Part shown: positions 1 to 9,582 of the stretch, piece after piece
Layout of the letters: each line of letters starts with the position of its first letter
Position numbering within the stretch: position 1 is the first letter of the stretch
NCBI GenBank assembly: GCA_963642055.1
Contig: CAVIFQ010000001.1
Span: forward strand, 33,576-97,575
DNA: 64,000 nt
DNA from: Roseburia hominis
Lineage (GTDB): Bacteria > Bacillota_I > Bacilli_A > RFN20 > CAG-826
Direction of reading: 5' to 3'
The notes under the pieces: model-generated
Databases searched by the model: none
Seen by the model: only the letters and a program-made list of their open reading frames with translations
Told to the model about the DNA's origin: nothing
Position numbers and translations under genes: made by a program

Positions 1-2271
1 CATCGCGCGTCCATAATAGGCTTTTGTCTTCTTATCCAAATAGGTTCCTGGATAATAAGGGCAGGCATTTCCTAAGCCGAGCAGCTCGGCGTTTTCGATG
101 CTTGTTACCGATATCTCGCTATTCTCGAGAGGTTTCTGCATTCCGTTTTCATCAGTGAAGGAGAGATTGATGAAGACAGTCTCATCGCTCCTTATTTCTT
201 CTTTCTCGGCTACAGCGAGGAAAATGGTGGTATTTCCGCCAGTCTTCAAGGAAGTGCTCGCCATCTCCTTGCCGTCTTTATCGTAAGATACGGCTTTAAG
301 GGTTCCAGGGACGTATTTGAGCTTGAAATAGGCTCTTCCGTCTTTCGTCCGCTTCTTCTTTCCGACTATTTTCTCATTCTGGAAAAGAGCGACATATGGG
401 GCAAGAGAATAGATCTCAGCTTCCATCTTTTTGCCTTCGTATCCTTCATAACTATAGGAACGGTGGGCCCACGAGAGTTTCCAAGCCGAAGGGCTATGGC
501 CGTATTGAAGGTCTCTCGGAGAGACGGTCGATAAAGCGATATCCTTGAGGGAGAAAGCGACTTTCGTATAGTCCATTTCGGAAGAAGGATGACCCAAAAT
601 GTCGATACGGCCTGAGCCAGCGAGGAGCCAATTGACTTTATCCATTTTGATGCTCTTGTTTGTAAGAGCGACCCAGCTTCCGATGCCGGCTTCCCCTAGA
701 TAATCCCAACCCGACCAGACGAAATCGCCGATGATGCGTGGATTATCTTTCGCCAATTCCATGAAAGAAGAGGCATCGGCGCAGAAAGTCTCTGAGCCGA
801 GGATGAAGCGGTTTGGATAATGCTTCAAATCCTTCTTGTAGCGGCTTATCCCGTAATTGTAGCCAGCCACATCGAGCACTTCGAAAACGTCTTTTGTTTT
901 GACGTCGGCTAAACGCATTTTCGTGCCGATTTTCATGGAGGTGGCCCCAATGCGACTCACGAGGTCATTGAAGAACTGCGAGCCGACGGAAGTGCGTTTC
1001 GCCGTTGGTTTCCTTTTGGCTTCCTTTTCCGCTTTTTTGTCGCTGTAGATGCCAAATCCGAGACTATAGAGGGCGTTGAAGAAGATATTCACACCGCAGG
1101 TGATGGGGCGCGTTGCATCGATCTCCTTGATGGTTTTGACCATCTCTTTGACGAAGGCGATGCCTTTCTCTTCGCTTGTCTCAGCCACCTCATTCCCCAA
1201 GGAATACATGATGACGGATGGGTGGTTATAGTCTTTTTCGACCATATCGGACAAATCGTCTTTATAGGTTTGCGTAACGAAAGAAGCGCAGTCGTATCTT
1301 GTTTTATGGATATACCATTCATCGGCGTATTCATCGAGGACGAGTAACCCCAATCTATCGGCCTCATCGAGGAAATATCTGGAAATTGGGTTATGGGCAG
1401 AGCGGATGGCATTATACCCGCTTTCAAAAAGGATGCGGGCTCTCCGCTTTTCGGCATCCTCATCGCATATGGCGCCGAGTAAGCCGTTATCGTGGTGGAT
1501 GCAAGCGCCTTTGAGGATCACTCGCTCCCCGTTTATGAGGAATCCTCTTTCCTTATCGAGCTTTATTTCCCTGATTCCGAAAGGAAGCTTTGCTACATCT
1601 TGCTCAAAAGAGAGCTCAAGCTCATAAAGATTCCCTTCGCCGACGTTCCATAATTTCGGGTTTTCGATGACGATGTTCGTAGAGAGCGAACTGCCTTCGA
1701 ATTCTTTTGTGTAGACTGCCTTTTCACCGTCCTTGATTACGATTTTTCCTTTGCCAACGCCAGAGAAAGCGGCTTTTAGATTGATTTTGCCTTTTATAGC
1801 AGAAACGGTGGTTATTTTGATAGAGCGAGGAAGGATGTGGAGCTTAGGCAAAACCCACATATGGACGGGTCGATATATCCCTGAGCCCGTGTACCAGCGG
1901 GAATTGGGCTGAGATGAGTTATCGGCGATGACTTTGATGGTGTTTTTCCCGTTTTTTAGCTTATCCGTCGCCTCAAAAATGAAAGATGTATAGCCATATT
2001 CGCGGTGAGCGGCCTCGATGTCATTTATATAGACGGTAGGATGGCGGTAGACGCCCTCGAATTCGAAATAGACGCGCTCGCCTTCTTTTAGCGATAAATC
2101 GAATTCCTTTGTATAGACGTATTTCCCGCCTTCGTGATAGGAGATATTAACCGCGCCGGGATTGGAAAGTTTCCTCTCCGTATGGATCATCCGATCATCT
2201 GGCAAATTGACCTTGATGGCCTCTTGCTCTTTTCCTTCTTCGTATACCGTCCATCCATCATTAAATAGCAT
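1..2271 (-). CDS. Glycoside hydrolase family 2 (beta-galactosidase/beta-glucuronidase-like); 3' end lies outside the window
   Basis: Absent from the ORF track because it runs off the left edge. Own translation from the ATG at 2271-2269 gives MLFNDGWTVYEEGKEQ... Spot checks (1-300, 1621-1680) show no in-frame stop. The GH2 acid/base motif NHPSVIMYSLGNE is encoded at about 1190-1230 in the same frame. Confidence 0.8.
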   Translation of the reverse strand, partial: MLFNDGWTVYEEGKEQEAIKVNLPDDRMIHTERKLSNPGAVNISYHEGGKYVYTKEFDLSLKEGERVYFEFEGVYRHPTVYINDIEAAHREYGYTSFIFEATDKLKNGKNTIKVIADNSSQPNSRWYTGSGIYRPVHMWVLPKLHILPRSIKITTVSAIKGKINLKAAFSGVGKGKIVIKDGEKAVYTKEFEGSSLSTNIVIENPKLWNVGEGNLYELELSFEQDVAKLPFGIREIKLDKERGFLINGERVILKGACIHHDNGLLGAICDEDAEKRRARILFESGYNAIRSAHNPISRYFLDEADRLGLLVLDEYADEWYIHKTRYDCASFVTQTYKDDLSDMVEKDYNHPSVIMYSLGNEVAETSEEKGIAFVKEMVKTIKEIDATRPITCGVNIFFNALYSLGFGIYSDKKAEKEAKRKPTAKRTSVGSQFFNDLVSRIGATSMKIGTKMRLADVKTKDVFEVLDVAGYNYGISRYKKDLKHYPNRFILGSETFCADASSFMELAKDNPRIIGDFVWSGWDYLGEAGIGSWVALTNKSIKMDKVNWLLAGSGRIDILGHPSSEMDYTKVAFSLKDIALSTVSPRDLQYGHSPSAWKLSWAHRSYSYEGYEGKKMEAEIYSLAPYVALFQNEKIVGKKKRTKDGRAYFKLKYVPGTLKAVSYDKDGKEMASTSLKTGGNTTIFLAVAEKEEIRSDETVFINLSFTDENGMQKPLENSEISVTSIENAELLGLGNACPYYPGTYLDKKTKAYYGRAM

Positions 2272-2324
2272 AGTCTGTTACCTTTTTTCGCTTTCTTTGC
2301 CCTTAATTATGTTAGAAGCGTGCG

Positions 2325-2339
2325 CCCTCTTCTAGAGCG
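2325..2339 (-). promoter_or_regulatory. Palindromic element CGCTCTAGAAGAGGG (minus-strand reading), 13 nt upstream of a CATAAT -10 box for the GH2 gene
   Basis: The 13-mer ctcttctagagcg (2327-2339) is identical to 58187-58199. The CATAAT -10 candidate is at 2306-2311 (minus), and the gap between element and -10 is the same as at the mgtC locus. Confidence 0.45.
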
Positions 2340-2418
2340 AAAATAGGGAAAGAAGAGGAAAGTGTGGTAAGCGATGAAAACGCTTCCTTCTTTTTTCTCC
2401 CTTTTTCTTATCTACCTA

Positions 2419-2427
2419 TGGTAGAAT
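2419..2427 (+). promoter_or_regulatory. Extended -10 promoter (TGgTAGAAT) for nusB operon
   Basis: TG-n-TAGAAT lies 33 nt upstream of the nusB ATG. No good -35 is present. SD AAGGAAG is at 2444-2450. Confidence 0.45.
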
Positions 2428-2459
2428 GTGGCGCTTAAATTTTAAGGAAGCATTGTTCT

Positions 2460-2885
2460 ATGTCCAAATCGATCACCTCACGCAACCAACAACAGCTTAT
2501 CGCCATGAACGCCATCTATGATGTACTGACCTACAAATCGATGGGTGAGAGTATCGATGTCGAGGGCATTATCAGCGACCTTACCGATCTCCCATACGAA
2601 GAGGCTCCTATCTACGTGAAGGCCATTGTTTTGGCGATGATTCGCCATTACAGTGAGGAAGTGGAGCTGCTAGAAAAGAACATGATCAAATGGAAGTTCA
2701 GCCGTCTCAACAGGGTTGAGCAAGCCATTCTATTATTATCGTTGTCCCATTTTTTCTACGTGGATAAAGAAGTCGACAAAGGGGTTGTCATCAATATTGC
2801 CGTCAATATGGCCAAAAACTATCTGGACGGGAAGGACTACCGCTTCGTGAACGCGATTCTCGACAAGGTGCTCGTCCGTGAATAA
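2460..2885 (+). CDS. nusB: Transcription antitermination factor NusB
   Basis: 141-aa ORF with a NusB-like C-terminal region (...YRFVNAILDKV). It sits in the nusB-xseA-xseB-dxs order seen in Bacillus. Confidence 0.8.
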   Translation: MSKSITSRNQQQLIAMNAIYDVLTYKSMGESIDVEGIISDLTDLPYEEAPIYVKAIVLAMIRHYSEEVELLEKNMIKWKFSRLNRVEQAILLLSLSHFFYVDKEVDKGVVINIAVNMAKNYLDGKDYRFVNAILDKVLVRE

Positions 2886-4083
2886 AGAAGAGAAGGATTA
2901 TCTTTCCGTCACCGAGACGAATGAGCTCGTCAAAAGCGTCCTTGAGGGGACGATGGCGTATTCATTACGGATAAGAGGGGAGATTTCTTCTTGGAAAAGA
3001 TATCCGACTGCGGTTTATTTCGACATCAAAGACGAAAAAAGCGTCCTCAACTGCATCATGTGGGATTCTTCCTATACGAATCTCTCTTTTCAGCCCAAAG
3101 TCGGAGATTTAGTAGACCTCATCGGCAAAATCAACGTTTATGTCGCCAGAGGCAAATACAATTTCATCGCAAGAAGCATGACGATGGCGGGCCAAGGAGA
3201 CGCGCTTCTGCGCTTAGAGGCCTTGAAAAAGAAATTGGCGAGCGAAGGCTTATTCGATGAAAGCAGGAAAAGGCCGATCGAGCCTTATCCGTTGCGTATT
3301 GGCATCATCTGCGCGAGAGGCAGCGCCGCCTTAAGCGACCTTATCAAGAACATTTCGATTCGCTGGCCGCTCGCCGAGATTCTCTTTTTCCCGAGTCTCG
3401 TGCAAGGGGAAGAGGCGCCCGCTTCCTTACTTAAAGCCTTCAAGAAGAGCCAGGAATACGATCTCGATACGCTGATTATCGCTCGCGGGGGCGGATCCAA
3501 TGAGGATTTAAGCGCCTTCAATGACGAAACGCTCGTCAGGGCGGTAGCCACAAGCAAAATGCCGGTGATTTCGGCCGTAGGGCATGAAATCGACGTCACG
3601 CTCATCGATTATGTGAGCGATTTAAGAGTCTCTACACCGACTGGCGCCGCGACGGCAGGAACGCCCAATCAAGACGATGTTTTTGCCTTTTTATCCGATA
3701 GCGCCTTAAGAATGGCATCATCAATTGATAAGATTATTTCGCGATACGAAGAAAAAGTGCGTCTATTATCTTCGCGTTCTTTCTTCTCTAACCCGAGCGA
3801 GATGTATGATTCTCTCCTAGAGAAAGTCGAAACTCTCGATAAGAGACTTACTCTCTCTAGCAAGAACGCACTCGGGAAGAAAAGCGATTATCTTTCCTCC
3901 TTGTCGAATCACCTTGCGGCCGTTAGCCCGTATAACGTCATCAAGCGCGGCTATTCGCTTGTCGAGAATGAAGAAGGGAAGATCATCAAGAGCGCCAAAG
4001 AGGCGAAAGCCGGAGATAAATTAAAGACCATCATGAAGGATGGTATAATCGTATCGATTGTGGAGGAAAGAATAGATGAGTGA
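2878..4083 (+). CDS. xseA: Exodeoxyribonuclease VII large subunit
   Basis: 401-aa ORF with a GTG start, preceded by AGGTG 7 nt upstream. Has an OB-fold N-terminus and catalytic core (ARGGGS, GHE.D). Overlaps nusB by 8 nt and is followed by xseB. Confidence 0.9.
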   Translation: MNKEEKDYLSVTETNELVKSVLEGTMAYSLRIRGEISSWKRYPTAVYFDIKDEKSVLNCIMWDSSYTNLSFQPKVGDLVDLIGKINVYVARGKYNFIARSMTMAGQGDALLRLEALKKKLASEGLFDESRKRPIEPYPLRIGIICARGSAALSDLIKNISIRWPLAEILFFPSLVQGEEAPASLLKAFKKSQEYDLDTLIIARGGGSNEDLSAFNDETLVRAVATSKMPVISAVGHEIDVTLIDYVSDLRVSTPTGAATAGTPNQDDVFAFLSDSALRMASSIDKIISRYEEKVRLLSSRSFFSNPSEMYDSLLEKVETLDKRLTLSSKNALGKKSDYLSSLSNHLAAVSPYNVIKRGYSLVENEEGKIIKSAKEAKAGDKLKTIMKDGIIVSIVEERIDE

Positions 4084-4279
4084 GAAGAAGGAAATGAAGT
4101 TCGCCGATAAGCTTGCTCGCTTAGAGGAGATCGTGAATAAAATCGAGAGTGGGGAACTCTCCTTAGAGGAGTCCATGACTCTTTTTGAGGAAGGTAAAAA
4201 GCTTATCGAAGAACTCAATAAGACGCTTTCCGAAGCCAAGAAAAAGATGGGGGAATATCAAACAATCGAAAGCAAATAA
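4076..4279 (+). CDS. xseB: Exodeoxyribonuclease VII small subunit
   Basis: 67-aa helical ORF (FEEKLARLEEIV-type N-terminus). Overlaps xseA by 8 nt. GGAGGAAAG SD. Confidence 0.9.
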   Translation: MSEKKEMKFADKLARLEEIVNKIESGELSLEESMTLFEEGKKLIEELNKTLSEAKKKMGEYQTIESK

Positions 4280-4297
4280 AGTAGATTATTAGTAGAT
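4280..4297 (+). repeat. AATTAGTAG-family intergenic motif (AGTAGAT + TATTAGTAGAT)
   Basis: Begins directly after the xseB TAA stop and lies 17 nt before the dxs ATG. One mismatch to the 9-mer core. Confidence 0.5.
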
Positions 4298-4313
4298 ATT
4301 TAGTTGTTTCACG

Positions 4314-6194
4314 ATGAAAGAAAAGCCAGTAAGAATCGACATGAATTCCATAAAAGACCCCAACTTTGTCAAAACGCTTTCTTACAAGCAGTTGGAGATG
4401 CTTTGCGCTGATATTCGCCGCGAGATAATTTTAAAGACCTCAATATATGGCGGGCATCTATCAAGCAACCTCGGAATCGTTGAGCTGACGGTCGCTTTAT
4501 GCCGCAGTTTCGACTTCGACAAAGACAAAGTCGTTTTCGATGTCGGGCATCAATCCTATACCTATAAGATCCTCACTGGCCGTTCGCTCGACCATTTGAA
4601 CGAAAAAGGCCACGTCTGCGGCTTCCAGAAGATGGCCGAATCCCCTTACGACTATTATGAGGCTGGTCATAGCTCGACTTCCTTAAGCGCGATCGAGGGT
4701 TTTGCGATCGCCCGCGACCTCAAATACGAGAATTACGACATCGTCAGCGTGATTGGCGATGCCAGCATCGTCAATGGCCTTGCTTTCGAAGCCTTAAACG
4801 ACATTGGCTCGAGAAATCACAAAGTCATCGTCGTCTTGAACGATAACGAGATGAGCATCTCTTCGCCAACCGGATCAGTAGGGAAACTCTTCCGAAAAGT
4901 CTCGGTCAATAAGCTCTATAACGACATCAAACGCAGCTACCGCAAATCGATGGTTTCCAAGACTGGCGCGGGAAAAAGAATAGGATCCGTCATGCATTTC
5001 ATCAAATCGAAGGTGAAAAGCGTGCTCGTCCCTAATACCATTTTCGATAACATGGGCTTCACATATCTAGGCCCAGTGAACGGGCACGATATCAAGGCTC
5101 TTGAAAAAGCCTTCAAGGAGGCCAAAACGGCGACAAAATCCGTCCTTATCCATGTCAGAACCAAAAAAGGAAAAGGTTATGAGATGGCGGAGAATGACAA
5201 AGTCGGTTATTGGCATGGCGTCACGCCTTTCGATATCGCCACGGGCAAGCCGAGCAATCTCCATGATGGACTCAATTCCTGGAGCCATCATGTCGGCGAT
5301 TTAGTGCATCGCCTCATGGCTACGCGTCACGACTGCGAACTCATCGTTCCCGCGATGGTGCGCGGAAGCGGATTAGAGGCTTGCTTTGACGATTACCCAC
5401 TCCGTTCTCTCGATGTCGGCATCGCCGAAGAGCACGCCGCGACTCTATCTGGGGCGATGTCTATCGCGGGTCTTCACCCGATTTTGACCGTCTATTCGAC
5501 GTTTTTGCAGAGGGCGTATGATGAGATTTTTCATGACTGCGCCCGCATGAAGACCGATATGACTTTGCTCATCGATAGGGCAGGGCTAGTGGGCAAAAAC
5601 GGGGAAACGCATCAAGGAATCTACGATGTGGCCTATTTAAAAAGCATCCCGAATGTCACGATCACGATGCCAAGCACTTATTCTTCGCTTGAGGGGTTGC
5701 TCTTGCAATCTCTAGAAAAAGGACATGGGGTCTACGCCATCCGTTACCCTCACGAAATCATGAGAGCGGAAGAAAAAGAGGCGAGCAAAGACGAAATCGT
5801 CTTCGGAAAATGGATAAAACGCAAAGAGATAGTGGAAGGCGGAACCAACATTTTGGGTGTCGGCCCGCTCGGCCATGAGCTTTATATAAATATCAAAGAT
5901 AAACCCGTTGGTTTCATCGACCCCATCTTCCTTTCGCCACTAGACGAAGAGACTCTTAATGAACTACTGAGCAGTAAAAACATCGTCATTTATGATCCTT
6001 ACAGCACGAAAGGCGGATTCGCCGAATCGGTGCTCTCGAGCCTTATGGAGAAGGGGTATAAGGGCAAAGTCATCGTCCGTGCCTTGCCAGTCGCTTTCAT
6101 CCAACACGCCTCTAACAAAGAGCAACTAAGCGATTCATCCTTGCTTATAGAGCAAGTGACGGAACTCATCGATAGCCTAATAGACGCCGAGTAA
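4314..6194 (+). CDS. dxs: 1-deoxy-D-xylulose-5-phosphate synthase
   Basis: 626-aa ORF with the typical Dxs N-terminus (GGHLSSNLG..EL, FDVGHQSYTYKILTGR) and a transketolase-like layout. No SD upstream. Confidence 0.95.
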   Translation: MKEKPVRIDMNSIKDPNFVKTLSYKQLEMLCADIRREIILKTSIYGGHLSSNLGIVELTVALCRSFDFDKDKVVFDVGHQSYTYKILTGRSLDHLNEKGHVCGFQKMAESPYDYYEAGHSSTSLSAIEGFAIARDLKYENYDIVSVIGDASIVNGLAFEALNDIGSRNHKVIVVLNDNEMSISSPTGSVGKLFRKVSVNKLYNDIKRSYRKSMVSKTGAGKRIGSVMHFIKSKVKSVLVPNTIFDNMGFTYLGPVNGHDIKALEKAFKEAKTATKSVLIHVRTKKGKGYEMAENDKVGYWHGVTPFDIATGKPSNLHDGLNSWSHHVGDLVHRLMATRHDCELIVPAMVRGSGLEACFDDYPLRSLDVGIAEEHAATLSGAMSIAGLHPILTVYSTFLQRAYDEIFHDCARMKTDMTLLIDRAGLVGKNGETHQGIYDVAYLKSIPNVTITMPSTYSSLEGLLLQSLEKGHGVYAIRYPHEIMRAEEKEASKDEIVFGKWIKRKEIVEGGTNILGVGPLGHELYINIKDKPVGFIDPIFLSPLDEETLNELLSSKNIVIYDPYSTKGGFAESVLSSLMEKGYKGKVIVRALPVAFIQHASNKEQLSDSSLLIEQVTELIDSLIDAE

Positions 6195-6205
6195 TCGGCG
6201 TTTTT
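6185..6205 (+). terminator. Rho-independent terminator after dxs
   Basis: Stem CGCCGA / TCGGCG with loop GTAA, followed by TTTTT. Confidence 0.7.
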
Positions 6206-6217
6206 ACTTAACATAAT
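6204..6217 (+). other. Isolated XerD-arm-like half site (TTACTTAACATAAT), identical to the XerD arm of the dif site at 11757-11770
   Basis: Exact 14-mer shared with the dif locus, in the same orientation. The adjacent 17 nt do not resemble a central region plus XerC arm. Confidence 0.4.
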
Positions 6218-6242
6218 CTTCTTAGGAAGATAGACTTTCCTC

Positions 6243-7436
6243 ATGAGCAAAATCATCATGCACATCGATCTGAACGCTTTCTTCGCCACCGCGGAAGAAG
6301 CGAGAAATCCCTCGCTCCGTGGGAAACCGATCGTTGTAGGGCATCCAGGGAGAAGAGGGGTTGTCTCAACCGCCAATTACGAGGCCCGCAAATACGGCGT
6401 TCATAGCGCAATGCCGACGTATGAAGCCGTCAATAAATGTCCTTCATTAATAGTGGTTCCCTGCGATTTTTCTTATTACGAGATGCTCTCGAATTCCTTT
6501 TTTGCCTTTTTGCGACGAATCTCGCCACTCGTTGAGCCCGCGAGCATCGATGAAGGATACGTCGATATGACCTCGGTTCTCAAAAACGAGAAGAACCCTT
6601 TGCTGTATCTCCAAAAACTCCAGAAATCCATTTACGATGAGCTTGATCTCAAATGTTCCATCGGCATCGCGCCGAGCAAATTCCTCGCGAAAATGTCGAG
6701 CGACCTCAAAAAACCGATGGGCATCACCGTTTGTCGAAGGAAAGATATGGAGACGCTCATCTATCCTCTCCCGATTTCCTCTTTTTGGGGCATTGGAAAG
6801 AAGACCGCGCCTAAACTAGAGGCCCTCGGCATAGCAACCATCGGCGATTTCAAGAAGAGGTGCGATGAGAATGACCCTGCAGTCGCCGAACTCCTTGGCA
6901 AATTCTTCTTCACCGCCAAAGAGTGGGTGAACGGCTATGGAGACGATACGGTGAATCCCGAGCCTTTCGATCCGAAAAGCATCGGCAGGATGGAGACTTT
7001 CTCTAGCGATACCAATGATTACGAGGAAATATCCTATAAAATTCAGGAATTAGCGAGAGAAGTCGCAACCGCCGCCCAAAGGGAAGGGAAAAAGGGCAAA
7101 ACGGTCTCGCTCGTCGTCAAAGACACCTCTTTCAAAAGCCACGACAAAAGCTCGACGAGCAAAAGCGCCACGAATGACTTCGAGGATATTTACGCGAAGG
7201 CCCTTTCTTTATATGAGCACAATTTCCTCGGCCAAGTCATTAGGCTAGTCGGCGTCTCTCTTTCCTCTTTAATTGACCCCAAGGAAGAGACGGTGCAGCT
7301 CTCTTTTTGGAATTACGAGGAATACGAGGAGATGGATAAGACGAAGCTCCTCATCAATGACTTCAATCGGAAACTCAAGGGGGAATACCTTTCTACGCTC
7401 AGGGAGAAAAAAGAACATGGAAATAAAAAAAGCTGA
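6243..7436 (+). CDS. dinB: DNA polymerase IV (Y-family)
   Basis: 397-aa ORF with N-terminal IMHIDLNAFFATAE and SIDEGYVD motifs characteristic of DinB/UmuC polymerases. Confidence 0.9.
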   Translation: MSKIIMHIDLNAFFATAEEARNPSLRGKPIVVGHPGRRGVVSTANYEARKYGVHSAMPTYEAVNKCPSLIVVPCDFSYYEMLSNSFFAFLRRISPLVEPASIDEGYVDMTSVLKNEKNPLLYLQKLQKSIYDELDLKCSIGIAPSKFLAKMSSDLKKPMGITVCRRKDMETLIYPLPISSFWGIGKKTAPKLEALGIATIGDFKKRCDENDPAVAELLGKFFFTAKEWVNGYGDDTVNPEPFDPKSIGRMETFSSDTNDYEEISYKIQELAREVATAAQREGKKGKTVSLVVKDTSFKSHDKSSTSKSATNDFEDIYAKALSLYEHNFLGQVIRLVGVSLSSLIDPKEETVQLSFWNYEEYEEMDKTKLLINDFNRKLKGEYLSTLREKKEHGNKKS

Positions 7437-8304
7437 AGAGCTCTTTTATCAGTATCTCTCGGTCGAAAAGGGTTTAGCGAAAGAGACCGTCCAAAGCTAC
7501 CGCGATGACCTTAAGAAATTCCATAGTTACAAGGAATTCGCCTCTCGACTTGACACTTCCGATCTTTTGCCAAGCGATCTCACCGATTTCTTGATGCTTC
7601 AGTCAAAAGACGGATTGAGCGTGCCGACGATTCTCCGCCGCCTTTCCTCAACCCGCGGCTTTTTCGAGTTCCTGAACGATGAGAAGATAACTTCCATCGA
7701 AATCCCGCATATCGATGCGCCGAAAGAGAGCAAAAGAATCCCGGTCGTCTTAAGCGAAGAGCAGGTTGAGGCTTTGCTAGAGGAACCCGACATGAAAACC
7801 GATGCCGGGATAAGAGATAGAGCGATGCTTGAGGTGATGTATGGAAGCGGCTTACGTGTCAGCGAGCTACTAAAGCTCGAGAAAAAAGACGTGAATCTCG
7901 TGAATAAAATCATCACGGTGCGAGGGAAAGGTGATAAAGAGAGAAGCGTGCCGATCAGCGAGTTTGCTCTCGCATATCTCGAGAAATACATGAACGGGCC
8001 GCGGAAAAGGCACGAGAAGAAGCCTTCTCCGTATTTATTCCTCAACCGCGAAGGTAAGCCTCTTTCGCGCATCTATTTCTTCGAGCAGGTCCAGAAATAC
8101 GCAAGAAACATCGGCATCGAGGCCCCAGTCTCTCCCCATACCCTCAGGCACTGCTTCGCCACGCATTTATTGGAACATGGGGCGGATCTAAGGATGGTTC
8201 AGGAAATGCTGGGGCACAGCAATATCGTGACCACGGAAATCTATACCTCGGTCTCGAGTCAAAGAATCATGAGCGCCTACGAGCAATACGCGAAGCGAAA
8301 GTAG
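7417..8304 (+). CDS. xerD: Tyrosine site-specific recombinase, XerD/XerC family
   Basis: ORF track starts at 7273. The ATG at 7417 (MEIKKAEELFYQYL...) matches the Xer N-terminus and avoids a 164-nt overlap with dinB. The C-terminal catalytic region HTLRHCFATHLLEHGADLRMVQEMLGHSNIVTTEIYT is present. xerD-deoB adjacency matches Bacillus. Confidence 0.85.
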   Translation: MEIKKAEELFYQYLSVEKGLAKETVQSYRDDLKKFHSYKEFASRLDTSDLLPSDLTDFLMLQSKDGLSVPTILRRLSSTRGFFEFLNDEKITSIEIPHIDAPKESKRIPVVLSEEQVEALLEEPDMKTDAGIRDRAMLEVMYGSGLRVSELLKLEKKDVNLVNKIITVRGKGDKERSVPISEFALAYLEKYMNGPRKRHEKKPSPYLFLNREGKPLSRIYFFEQVQKYARNIGIEAPVSPHTLRHCFATHLLEHGADLRMVQEMLGHSNIVTTEIYTSVSSQRIMSAYEQYAKRK

Positions 8305-8373
8305 TATAATCCGGATAGAAAATCCATCGCCTTCATATGCATGAAGACGAGAATGCAAATAGGAGTCAACGTT

Positions 8374-9579
8374 ATGGAATATAGGAAATACAAACGCATC
8401 TTCCTCATCGTCGCCGACAGCGCCGGCATCGGGGAAGAGCCAGATGCCGATAAATTCGGCGATAAAGGCACGAATACCTGGGTGCATGCGGCTGCTTCCG
8501 TCGGCGGACTCAACGTCCCCAATATGGAAAAACTCGGTATCGGCGAGCTCGCCGATATCCCTGGCGTAAAAGCAGTAAGCGATCATCCACACGCTTTCTC
8601 TTTGCGTTTACGCGAAAGAAGCAACGGCAAAGACACGATGACAGGGCACTGGGAGATGATGGGGGTGCTCACCGAAAAACCCTTCAAGACTTTCACCGAT
8701 ACCGGCTTCCCCAAAGAGCTAATCGACGAATTAGAGAGAAGAACCGGCCATAAAATCATCGGCAACTGCGCCGCCAGCGGCACCGAGATCATCAAAGAGC
8801 TCGGGGAAGAGCAGATGCGCGACAATTCACTCATCGTCTATACTTCCGCCGACAGCGTTCTCCAAATCGCGGCCCATGAAGAAGTCACCGGGTTAGAGGA
8901 GCTATATCGTTGCTGTTCCATCGCCCGCGAACTCTGCATGAAAGAGGAATGGCGCGTAGGGCGCGTCATCGCTCGCCCGTATTTGGGGAGCGATCCAAGC
9001 AATTTCAAGCGCACGAGCAACCGCCACGATTATGCTTTGAAACCCCCTTATACAACCGATATGAACGCTTTGATGGACCATGGCTATATGACTTCATGCG
9101 TAGGCAAAATCTGCGATATTTTCGATGAGTATGGCGTAACGAAAACCGTGCATACCGTCAGCAACGAAGACGGAATGGATAAAACGATCGAGCAACTTAA
9201 AAATGACGATTATACCGGCTTATGCTTCGTGAACCTCGTCGAATTCGACAGCGAGTTCGGCCATCGCCGCAATCCCGTTGGCTACGCCCGCGCCTTAGAA
9301 AGATTCGATATTCGGGTAGGGGAATTCATCGCCAATATGAAAGATGATGATCTCCTCCTCATCACGGCAGATCACGGCAATGACCCAACGCACACAGGCA
9401 CCGACCATACGCGCGAGAAAGTGCCGCTTCTAGCCTATAGCAAGTCCATCGATAATGGCGGCTATCTCGAAGAAAGAGATAGTTTCGCCGATATCGGGGC
9501 GAGCATCCTCTATAATTTCAAAGTCGAGAAACCGAGCCATTTGATTGGCACAAACATCGAAGAGTTCTTCAAGGAGTAA
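8374..9579 (+). CDS. deoB: Phosphopentomutase
   Basis: The ATG at 8374 has AGGAG 8 nt upstream, and a TATAAT lies at 8306-8311. N-terminus [11 protein letters not shown] and the metal-binding [10 protein letters not shown] motif are present. The ORF track start at 8341 is probably too early. Confidence 0.9.
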   Translation: MEYRKYKRIFLIVADSAGIGEEPDADKFGDKGTNTWVHAAASVGGLNVPNMEKLGIGELADIPGVKAVSDHPHAFSLRLRERSNGKDTMTGHWEMMGVLTEKPFKTFTDTGFPKELIDELERRTGHKIIGNCAASGTEIIKELGEEQMRDNSLIVYTSADSVLQIAAHEEVTGLEELYRCCSIARELCMKEEWRVGRVIARPYLGSDPSNFKRTSNRHDYALKPPYTTDMNALMDHGYMTSCVGKICDIFDEYGVTKTVHTVSNEDGMDKTIEQLKNDDYTGLCFVNLVEFDSEFGHRRNPVGYARALERFDIRVGEFIANMKDDDLLLITADHGNDPTHTGTDHTREKVPLLAYSKSIDNGGYLEERDSFADIGASILYNFKVEKPSHLIGTNIEEFFKE

Positions 9580-9582
9580 GCT

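Noticed and set aside
2368-2400. Hairpin (GGTAAGCG...CGCTTCC) followed by a T-rich run upstream of the nusB promoter, considered as an attenuator.
   Set aside because: It lies upstream of the predicted extended -10 box, the stem is short with a mismatch, and no plus-strand gene ends before it. It may be an insulator or a coincidence.
7273-7416. N-terminal extension of the xerD ORF as listed in the ORF track (MTPRKRRCSS...).
   Set aside because: The extension overlaps the dinB 3' end by 164 nt and is Arg/Ser-rich with no similarity to Xer N-termini. The ATG at 7417 gives the canonical start. The same logic was applied to the track starts at 8341 (deoB), 14877 (yqeH), 34455 (recO), 55467 (hslO) and 58153 (mgtC).
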